Below are positions 1 through 8,200 of a DNA stretch of 39,807 nucleotides, piece by piece (the first letter of the stretch is position 1; every line of letters begins with the position of its first letter). Origin of the DNA: an uncultured Eubacteriales bacterium (lineage in GTDB: Bacteria; Bacillota; Clostridia; Oscillospirales; CAG-272); assembly GCA_934462825.1 (NCBI GenBank), contig CAKSIP010000010.1, positions 1 through 39,807 on the forward strand, read 5' to 3'. Below the pieces are notes generated by a model. The model saw only the letters and a list, made by a program, of their open reading frames with translations. It had not been told where the DNA came from and did no database searches. Made by a program: the position numbers and the translations under genes.

Positions 1-65
1 GTAACGCAACGAAATTTTTGTTGTCTATATAGGTGAAGGGCGTTGCGCGAAGAAAGGAAGAAACT

Positions 66-626
66 ATGAATGACCATGAAATTATCGCTTTGTTTTTTGA
101 GAGACAAGAAAATGCAATATCCGCCACGGCGGAAAAATACGGAAATTATTGTCACGCCATCGCTTACAACATTCTGTTCAACCACTTGGATGCGGAGGAA
201 TGTGTAAACGATACATATTTGGGTGCGTGGAATAGCATTCCGCCGCAAAAACCGAATCATTTGGCCGCCTATCTCGGAAGAATCACTCGCAATCTCGCAC
301 TCAACCGCTATAAACGCAATTCCGTCGCCAAACGAGGCTCCGGCCAGGTTGAAATCGCCTTGTCCGAGCTGGAAAACTGTATTCCCGACCGCACGGACGT
401 CGAACAAGCCGCGGAAGAAGGTTTAATTGTGTCCGTCATCAATCGCTTTTTGTATGCTCATTCTCCAAAGAAACGGAATATTTTTATCCGCCGGTATTGG
501 TACCTATGCTCCATACAGGACATCGCGGCTTCTTATGAAATGAGCGAAAGCAATGTGAAGGTTTTATTATTTCGCATGCGCAACGAACTGAAAAAACAAC
601 TTGAAAAGGAGGGTGTTTCCTTATGA
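66..626 (+). CDS. ECF-type RNA polymerase sigma-70 family sigma factor
   Basis: The protein carries the region 2 motif (DAEECVNDTYLGAWNSIP) and a region 4 HTH (RRYWYLCSIQDIAASYEMSESNVKVLLFRMRNEL). The tracked ORF starts at GTG 33, but the ATG at 66 follows the RBS AGAAAGGAAG by about 5 nt and is preferred. The stop overlaps the next start as ATGA. Confidence 0.85.
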   Translation: MNDHEIIALFFERQENAISATAEKYGNYCHAIAYNILFNHLDAEECVNDTYLGAWNSIPPQKPNHLAAYLGRITRNLALNRYKRNSVAKRGSGQVEIALSELENCIPDRTDVEQAAEEGLIVSVINRFLYAHSPKKRNIFIRRYWYLCSIQDIAASYEMSESNVKVLLFRMRNELKKQLEKEGVSL

Positions 627-3187
627 AAAGAGAAAAATTGTTGAACGCAATCGGCCAGATTGACGACCGATTGATCACGGAAGCCAACCCGCAAGCACAG
701 GTTCCCCGTAAAAAGCTTCGTCCGCAATGGATCGCTGCGCTGGCGGCGTGCCTCATTTTGGTGCTTGGCATCGGTGTTGTTGCCCCCATCGCACTCGGCA
801 ACAGAGAAGCGGGGAAAGTAACGATGGAAATCAACCCCGGCGTGGAGTACACGATCACCAAAAACGGCAACGTCAAGTCTGTGCGTTTTCTGAACGACGA
901 CGCAAAAAAAGTGCTCGGCGAAGCCTCTCTGAAGGGCGAAAGCCTGAAAAATGCCATATCCCTCACGCTGGCCGCCTATAAAATCGGCGGATATATGGAA
1001 AGAAACGACACGGTTTTGATTTCCTTTGACAAGCGATTAAACGAAAATGAAAAGCTCAAAGAGGCCGTGGCGGAGGATGTGCGTCAGGTGCTTGAAAAAG
1101 AAACCTCCGTGCATACCTTGGTTTATGTGTCCGAATCGGATAACGCCGACACGACAGCCCTTGCGGAAAAATACGGCATTTCGCAGGGAAAGGCGAAGCT
1201 CGTCGGTGACGCGGTGGGAAACAGTGGTTTGGCAGAAGAAGCTCTTGCCAAGCTGCCGCTGGATGAGCTGGTAGGCCTGCAGAAAGAGATCGACTCCGTG
1301 GTTATCGACACAAAGTACATAGGCATTTTGAAGGCGAAATCCATTGCCTTGAACGACGCCGGCTGTACGACAAGAGTTACCTTTACCGAGGCAAGACTGA
1401 TTGATGAAGGCAACAAATATCCTTACTATCGTCTTGTATTTCACGACACCCATACGCAATGGACTTACAGTATCAACGCAATCAACGGCGATATACTCGA
1501 CAAAAATGAAGTGACGCTGTTTATATCCTTGGAAGAAGCAAGAGCCATTGCCCTGAAAGATGCCGGTCTTGCTGATCCCGATCTTGCCGAGAAAGTGATT
1601 TTCACCAAAGAGGAACTGAGCCGCAATCAGGGCCGCCCCTGCTGGGTGCTGGAATTTTACACGTCCTCGTATCAGTACAGCTACAAGATCGATGCAAAGA
1701 CGGGCGAAATCATCTATTTTGACTACCATATCGACATACGGGAAGCCAAAAGGATCGCCCTGAACGATGCGGGCTGTCAAGAAAAGGTTGTCTTCACGGA
1801 AGAAAAGCTTGTCAGCGGCGGGATCAAAACGCCGTACTACTACTTCGTGTTTAACGACGGCCGGACGCAGTGGACGTACCGCATAGATGCAGTCCTCGGA
1901 ATCGTTCTCGAAAAGCAGATGGAATCGCTGTTCGTGACGCTGCAAGAGGCCAAAGAGATCGCGTTGGCCGATGCCAATATCCACGAATCGGAGAAGGTGG
2001 TCTTTACCAAGGAGGAGCTAAACCGCAATCAAGGCTGCCCTTGCTGGATTCTGGAATTTTACACAGAAAAGTATCAGTACAGCTACAAGATCGACGCCAA
2101 TACGAAAGAGATCCTTTACAACCGTCGCTATATTGCCCTGCCGAGAGCCAAGGACATTGCCGTGACGGATGCCGGCTACTCCCCGGATGCGAAGCTCGTA
2201 TTTACCACAGAGGAGCTTGTCGATGGCGGCATCAAAACTCCGTACTACTACTTTGTGTTCAACGACGACCGGACGCAGTGGACATATCGCATAAACGCAG
2301 TGTCCGGAGGCATTCTTGAAAAGAATGAAGAATCGCTGTTCGTGCCGTTGCAAAAGGCGAAGGAGATCGCGCTGGCCGATGCCTATATCTCCGAGTCGGA
2401 AAGAGTGGTCTTTACCAAGGAGGAGCTAAACCGCAATCAAGGCCGCCCCTGCTGGGTGCTGGAATTTTACACGGCGAAGTATCAGTACGTCTACAAGATT
2501 GATGCAAAGACGGGCGAAATCCTCTATAGCCGGCGCTACATTTACATGGAAATCGCAAGGAAAACCGCATTGACAGACTCCGGTTGCCCTAACCCAAACA
2601 GAATCGTTTTTACCGATGAAGGGCTTGTCGATGGCGGAATCAAAACGCCGTACTACTATTTTGTGTTCAATGACGGACAGACGCAGTGGGCCTACCGCAT
2701 CAATGCGGTGCTCGGAATAATTCTTGATAAAAAAGTGGAAACTCTGTTCGTGTCCTTGCAAAAAGCGAAAGACATAGCGTTACAGGATGCTAATGTTTCC
2801 GAGTCGGAGAGGGTGGTCTTTACCAAAGAGGAGCCGAACCCTGTTCCCGGTCGCCCCTACTGGGTGCTGGAATTTTACACATTGAAGTATCAATATATCT
2901 ACCACATTGACGCAAGGACGGGCGAGATCTTCTATAGCCGGCGCTACATTTACATGGAAATAGCAAGGAAAACCGCATTGACAGACTCCGGCTGCACTGA
3001 CATAAACAAAATCGTTTTTACCGACGAAGGGCTTGTCGATGGCGGGATCAAAACGCCGTACTACTACTACTTTGTGTTCAACGACGGCCGGACGCAATGG
3101 ACATACCGTATAGACGCGCTGAGCGGCGGGATCCTTGCAAAGACGCAAACTCCCCTGCAAGTAAGCCGTCAGGATGCAACGCCTTAA
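623..3187 (+). CDS. membrane-anchored anti-sigma-like protein with nine tandem extracytoplasmic PepSY domains
   Basis: An ATGA overlap couples it to the sigma factor gene. The short cytoplasmic N-terminus (MKREKLLNAIGQIDDRLITEA) is followed by one TM helix (WIAALAACLILVLGIGVVAPIAL). After it come alternating repeats of two PepSY-like subtypes, with signatures ...NDAGC..VVFTEEKLV.GGIKTPYYYFVFNDGRTQWTYRIDA.. and ..EAKEIALADA...VVFTKEELNRNQG.PCW.LEFYT.KYQY.YKIDAKTGEI.Y. Confidence 0.7.
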   Translation: MKREKLLNAIGQIDDRLITEANPQAQVPRKKLRPQWIAALAACLILVLGIGVVAPIALGNREAGKVTMEINPGVEYTITKNGNVKSVRFLNDDAKKVLGEASLKGESLKNAISLTLAAYKIGGYMERNDTVLISFDKRLNENEKLKEAVAEDVRQVLEKETSVHTLVYVSESDNADTTALAEKYGISQGKAKLVGDAVGNSGLAEEALAKLPLDELVGLQKEIDSVVIDTKYIGILKAKSIALNDAGCTTRVTFTEARLIDEGNKYPYYRLVFHDTHTQWTYSINAINGDILDKNEVTLFISLEEARAIALKDAGLADPDLAEKVIFTKEELSRNQGRPCWVLEFYTSSYQYSYKIDAKTGEIIYFDYHIDIREAKRIALNDAGCQEKVVFTEEKLVSGGIKTPYYYFVFNDGRTQWTYRIDAVLGIVLEKQMESLFVTLQEAKEIALADANIHESEKVVFTKEELNRNQGCPCWILEFYTEKYQYSYKIDANTKEILYNRRYIALPRAKDIAVTDAGYSPDAKLVFTTEELVDGGIKTPYYYFVFNDDRTQWTYRINAVSGGILEKNEESLFVPLQKAKEIALADAYISESERVVFTKEELNRNQGRPCWVLEFYTAKYQYVYKIDAKTGEILYSRRYIYMEIARKTALTDSGCPNPNRIVFTDEGLVDGGIKTPYYYFVFNDGQTQWAYRINAVLGIILDKKVETLFVSLQKAKDIALQDANVSESERVVFTKEEPNPVPGRPYWVLEFYTLKYQYIYHIDARTGEIFYSRRYIYMEIARKTALTDSGCTDINKIVFTDEGLVDGGIKTPYYYYFVFNDGRTQWTYRIDALSGGILAKTQTPLQVSRQDATP
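1295..3150 (+). repeat. in-frame tandem coding repeats (about 408-bp supra-unit of two PepSY modules, roughly 4.5 copies)
   Basis: Near-identical DNA blocks recur along the gene, for example ggaggagctaaaccgcaatcaaggc..cctgctgg.t.ctggaattttacac at about 1603, 2005, 2413 and 2823. Confidence 0.8.
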
Positions 3188-3272
3188 TCCCTAAATGACT
3201 CTAATCCAAAGACAATTTCCGAAAATCGTGATAACGCAAACCTATCCGGCCGCGACCGAGACTAACGTCGTT

Positions 3273-3318
3273 GGGGGAGTTAAAAAACTCATTTTGAGTT
3301 TTTTAACTCCCCCTTTTT
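3273..3318. terminator. hairpin element A: GGGGGAGTTAAAAAACTCA-ttt-TGAGTTTTTTAACTCCCCC plus T5
   Basis: A perfect 19-bp inverted repeat is followed by TTTTT. It lies between the convergent anti-sigma gene (+) and the regulator gene (-). It belongs to the five-copy hairpin family described in the findings. Confidence 0.7.
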
Positions 3319-3350
3319 GCAGTATATCCACAGAAGCGTGAAAAAGCAGA

Positions 3351-4016
3351 TTACAGATCCGAATTGAAAAAATATCCGTACCGGCGCTTTTGCAAAATCA
3401 GCTTGCGCGCCGAAACCGCGAGTGCCTTTCGGTTGATTCGGCAAACCAAAACAGGCAGGGAAGCGGCATCAATGGAAAGCAGTGCGGCAATTTGTTCCGA
3501 CGGTATCACTTGGTTCGGATAGCAAGCCAAAAGGAAAAGCAGGCGCTTTTCCATGTGCGTCAGCTGCAACGGGTACCCAAGCAGCTGCAGCGGCTGGGAA
3601 ACGAACAAGCCGCCGGGCATAATCGGTACCGTCGGTATCAGCTTTGCTAAAAAGGCTTCCAGGCTGTGGGCACTGCAAGGAAAAACTTGCTGATGGTCGG
3701 CGTAAGGAAAGGCCGCTTCGGAATCGGCCGGATCCGGCGACCGCACCGTAAAAACGGCGATAGGTAAGCGGGGAAAATCCTGCTTAAGCTGTTTTAGCAT
3801 GATTATAACGGCATCACGGTGCTCCGTCGCATCCGCCAAAACGCCGTGAATGATAGGGAAGTCGCACCGCAACTGCGAAGGCAGATCTTCCGGCTGACAA
3901 AAATGGAACAGGCAATCGTGCGTCCTCGTAAAGCCATCCAATTTTTCTTTTATCCATGTGCGATGGCTTTTTTCATAGCAAATAACCTCTATCATGGCAT
4001 CTATCCTTTTTCTCAT
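3351..4016 (-). CDS. atypical OmpR/PhoB-family winged-helix transcriptional regulator with a degenerate receiver-like N-terminus
   Basis: The C-terminus (LTHMEKRLLFLLACYPNQVIPSEQIAALL...VCRINRKALAV...RRYGYFF) matches the trans_reg_C winged helix. The N-terminal half (MIEVICYEK...LPIAVFTV) is receiver-like but has poor conservation. An alternative start at 3995 (MIEVICYEK) has a better RBS, AAAAGGATAGA. Confidence 0.6.
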   Translation of the reverse strand: MRKRIDAMIEVICYEKSHRTWIKEKLDGFTRTHDCLFHFCQPEDLPSQLRCDFPIIHGVLADATEHRDAVIIMLKQLKQDFPRLPIAVFTVRSPDPADSEAAFPYADHQQVFPCSAHSLEAFLAKLIPTVPIMPGGLFVSQPLQLLGYPLQLTHMEKRLLFLLACYPNQVIPSEQIAALLSIDAASLPVLVCRINRKALAVSARKLILQKRRYGYFFNSDL

Positions 4017-4250
4017 AATTTCTTAATTTCTCAGAATGACCATAGAATCCATTTCATAGCGTATCATAATTTGACGCCTTTTGCAACCGTTTTCCTAAAA
4101 AAAGAATGGATTTTTGCCTTTTTTTCGGAGGAAACGGGAAAGCTGTCGGAAATTTCATTGTAAAATTTGCTTTGCAATCTATACATAAGTTGAATTTTAT
4201 GTTATAATAAAGTGAATTTATATATCTATCTAATAACGAGGAATGCGAAT

Positions 4251-5192
4251 ATGGGTTTTAACGAAAACGGAAAATGGGACAAGCCGATCCAAAATACATA
4301 TAAAAATCGAGAGCGTGAAAACAATTGTGAAAACAATAAAGAACGCAATGCGCGCCGGAGAGAAACAACTTTCGCCGACAAAAACGCCGAGAACACCCTG
4401 CTGGAAGGCTTGGTAATCGGACGAAATGCCGTTCGAGAGCTGCTTCGCTCCGGCCGCCCGATAGACAAGCTCTTGGTCAGACGTGGGGAGCGCGAAGGCT
4501 CCATCGTCGTGATTACGGCCGAGGCGATGGCGCGCGGGATTCCCGTCATCGAGGTGGAAAAGCAGAAGCTGGACATGCTTTCGGGCTTCGCACCCCATCA
4601 GGGCGTTGTCGCCATGGCGGCCGAAAAGGAGTATTGCACCGTCGAGGACATTCTGAAAATTGCCGAGGAACGGGGCGAGGCACCGTTGCTTGTGATTTCC
4701 GACGGAATCACCGATCCCTACAACCTCGGGAGCTTGATTCGCTGTGCCGAGGGCGTTGGCGCACATGGCCTGATCATCCCCAAGCGACGCGCTTCCGGCT
4801 TGACGCCGTTGGTTTCCAAGGCTTCGGCCGGCGCGATTGAACATTTGGCCATTGCCAAGGTCACCAATATTGCCGCTACCGTGGAAGCGCTCAAGGAAAA
4901 AGGCGTTTGGGTTTATGCGGCGGAAGCAGGGGGCGAAAATTGCTATCGCACCGATTTTTCCGGCCCCTGTGCCCTCGTCTTTGGCAGTGAGGGCGATGGC
5001 GTTTCCAAGCTTGTGAAGGAACGCTGTGATGCAACGGTTTCCATTCCCATGTACGGGAAAGTCAATTCTTTTAATGTTTCAACCGCCGCCGCCGTGCTTC
5101 TTTGCCAGGCAAAAAAATGTCAGGTGGAGCGTGCGCTTGCCAAATCATCGTCAGAGGCAACGGCAACGGCAACGGGAACGGTAAAATCGTAA
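4251..5192 (+). CDS. rlmB: 23S rRNA (guanosine-2'-O)-methyltransferase RlmB (SpoU/TrmH family)
   Basis: The protein begins LVIGRNAVRELLRSGRPIDKLLV and ends in a SpoU methylase domain (GITDPYNLGSLIRCAEGVGAHGLIIPKRRA...VNSFNVSTAAAVLL). The tracked ORF starts at GTG 4212, but the ATG at 4251 with RBS GAGGAA is preferred. The C-terminal tail is low-complexity (SSSEATATATGTVKS). Confidence 0.85.
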   Translation: MGFNENGKWDKPIQNTYKNRERENNCENNKERNARRRETTFADKNAENTLLEGLVIGRNAVRELLRSGRPIDKLLVRRGEREGSIVVITAEAMARGIPVIEVEKQKLDMLSGFAPHQGVVAMAAEKEYCTVEDILKIAEERGEAPLLVISDGITDPYNLGSLIRCAEGVGAHGLIIPKRRASGLTPLVSKASAGAIEHLAIAKVTNIAATVEALKEKGVWVYAAEAGGENCYRTDFSGPCALVFGSEGDGVSKLVKERCDATVSIPMYGKVNSFNVSTAAAVLLCQAKKCQVERALAKSSSEATATATGTVKS

Positions 5193-5229
5193 AAAGAAAT
5201 CAATGATGAAAAAATGAAGGAGGAACCTC

Positions 5230-8200
5230 ATGGCAGAGCAGGGACAAGATAGAAAAAATGGTTCCGGGGAGCATCAGCCCCAGGATATTGCCGAAATCCT
5301 TCGGTTATTGCGGGAATCGGTTGACGTAAACGCCAGCAGTGCCTCTAAAAAAAGAGCAGAGGAATCGGAAAAGAACGAAAAAAGAGACGAAAACGAGAAA
5401 GAGAATCCTCGTCATGCCGACGAAGAAAACGACTTCGCTGAGGATGAGGCCTCCGATAAGGAGGACAATGCCGGGGACGAGACGGCGGCGATGGGGACGG
5501 GGACGGAAGACCTTGATCTTGAGGATGATGTGCCGTGGTATGCGGAAGATCCGACGGAAATTCCGCTTTCGGAGACTTCGGGAGAAGTGTCGATTCCTAC
5601 GGAACCATCGACGGAAGACGCTCCTTTGAAGAAGACAGGTCTGTCGGCTTCCGATCCAGAAGAAAGGGAAGCGGAGGATGCCGATGATATTGATTTAGAG
5701 GATGAGGAGCCTTGGTATACCGATGCGGCCGAGGCCGAGGATTCGTCCGAGGGCACCTTTGCTTCGGAGGAAGCTTTGGCCGACACCCCAAACGATGAAA
5801 CGGTGGACGCTTATGACGTTTCGGATGAAGCCGACCATGAGGAAAAACCAACCGTCGGTTCGGAAGAAAATGCCCCGGCGCTCCGTGAAGAGGCAGATAC
5901 CGAGGATCGGACGAACGCATCGTTTCGCTATTATTCGCTGGACGATGCCTTGTCTTTGGAGGAAAGCGCAAGAAAGGATCACTCCGCTGAGCAAAATCCG
6001 ATTAGGGAGAACTCGCCGCAGCGCAACGCACCGCAAGAAAGCCCTTCCGATGAAGCATCGGCGTCCGATGTGTCAAAAACGGCAAAAAGCCGCTATACTT
6101 TCTGCGATTTGAACGATTTAGGACGTGCGACGGCCTCCGAAGGAACCGATTCTTGCATAAATTCGGAAATCACACCGGATTATGACCTGAACCGAAGGGA
6201 AGACGTTTCTGCCGCCAAGGAATCTACCGCAGAACCCGCGGAGGAACCCATGGCGGATTCCGTGGAAGAACCCTTGGAGGATGCAACCGAGGATTCCATG
6301 GAGGAACCCTTTGAAGAAGAAACCGAGGATGCGGTTCGATATGCCACAGAACCATCGGCAAAAGAATCGGAAGATTTTTCCGCGGAAAAATCCGCGGAAG
6401 AAGCGTTGCCGCAAGAGGCGGAGCCGCAGGCCGCGCTTGAAGCGAACGAGGCGTCCCTGGATGAGGAGCCAAACACCGAGGCGTGGAAAACCGATTCCGC
6501 CGAGCCAACTGAGACTACAGTAGCGGCCGAAACCGCCGAGGAAAAAATAAATTGGAAACAGTATTTTGAAAACGAAGCTATGGCACATGCCGCCAAAGCG
6601 TCGGATGCGGCTCGGAAAACTGAAGAAGCGCCTGCACCCTCCTTGGAAGAAACCGAACTTTTTGAGCAGGAAAGCGAAACGGATGCCGAGGCAAGCCCTG
6701 TGATCGACGAAACCGACCGATTGCTTCTGAAAAATCTCGGCTACCGGAAAGAACGCCTGACTTCGGCGACTAAAAACGGTTCTGATACCAAGACGAAGAA
6801 AAAGCGTGAAAACGATTATTCGGACGACGTCGGCTATGACTACGGCGGGGGCGAATTTGTTTACACCAATCAAAAAAACGAAATACGCTCCGGCTATCAG
6901 AGAGAAAAAAAGCATATTCGTGTTCGCTGGGCTATTACCGGCGTGGCAACCTTGCTGCTGTTGATTTATGAGATTTTGACTTTTTCGGGCGTGGCACTTC
7001 CGGGGTTGTTCAATCCGTATGACTATCCGGTTTCTCACTGCATGATTTCCTTGCAGCTGCTGGTCATCTGCCTTGGTGCCTCTGTAAAGCCTCTCGCGGT
7101 GGGCTTTTCCGACCTCTGTTGCCTCAGAGCAACGCCTTATTCCGTCAGCGCGGTGGTGCTTTTGAGCAATATCGTGTACACGGTCATTCTTGTGGCGACG
7201 GCCCCGAACGAATTTCTCCTTTACAATTTCATGGGAGGTCTTTCCGTTTTCGCCGCCGTGACATATGAATATTTTTCTCTTTTGCGCGAAGAAAAAACCT
7301 TTTCCGTCCTTTCGACGGAGGGGGCGCGGCAATATGCCTTTTTGCCCGATGAAGCCGGCACGGAAACGCTGGGAGAGCCGGCACCGGCGCTTCGTGCTTA
7401 CATGACCGATTTTCATGAAAACTATTTTGAACGAAATGCCAAACGCCCGGCCGATTCCCGCTACCTGAGCCCGTTGCTTCTTGTTGTAAGCTGCTTTTCC
7501 GTTGTGGCCTTTGCCATGGCCCTGCTCTTTACCCGAGACGTGGCGAAATCGGCGGCGGTGTTCGTTACGCTGATTGACTTTGCCTTGCCCGTCGGCGTTA
7601 CTGTCGCGTACAGCTTTCCTTTGTTCTGGGCCGCACGGCGCGGCCTTGGCGATAAGGGCGCCGTGATAGGACAGGGCGCGATGGATGAGTACGAAGGCAC
7701 ACGCTTTGTTACCTTCGACGAAGAAGACCTTTTCCCGTCGCTGAAAACCACGCACATTGATCTCAAGCCGGCCGGCAACCGTCGCCTTTCCGAAGTCCTT
7801 GCGAAAACGAGCTTGATGTTTTCTGCCATCGGCGGCCCGCTTGCGCGTATGGTCGAGGCCGCCGGTGTTAAACCGGAAGGAGCACCGGCAGAAATTCACG
7901 GGGTGTTTGATAATGGAATTTCCGCTTTCGTGGACGGCTCCGAAATGCTGGCGGGCAGTGCGCGTTTCTTGGAATTGCACGGCGTGGAGCTGTTGACTTC
8001 CGAGGACGAGAGAGATGTCAGCGAGGATAACGAAATCCTTTACATTGCGATTGACGGGGAATTGGCGGCGCGTTATTACTTGCAGTACCGCCCGGCACCC
8101 GATTTTGTCAAAGCAGTCAATCTGCTGGGCAATAGGGGAATCGCGGTGGGGATTCGTACCAAAAATCCGGCAATCAACAGCGATATTGTCGCGCGGCGTT

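Noticed and set aside
1-40. A possible ECF-type autoregulated promoter (AAC-N16-GTCTA) upstream of the sigma factor gene.
   Set aside because: It sits at the window edge and the match to the ECF -35/-10 consensus is weak. It cannot be evaluated without upstream sequence.
33-65. The GTG-initiated N-terminal extension of the sigma factor (MKGVARRKEET).
   Set aside because: The ATG at 66 is preceded by a well-spaced RBS (AGAAAGGAAG). The extension would have to start within the likely promoter. The same logic moves rlmB to 4251 and the FeoB-associated gene start to 29967.
6118-7980. A 620-aa ORF on the - strand, antisense to the 5230-8541 gene.
   Set aside because: The translation is Arg/Gly/Phe-rich low-complexity sequence with no domain. 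The sense-strand ORF has TM helices, P-type-ATPase-like homology and a strong RBS. This is a typical antisense artefact of GC-rich third positions.
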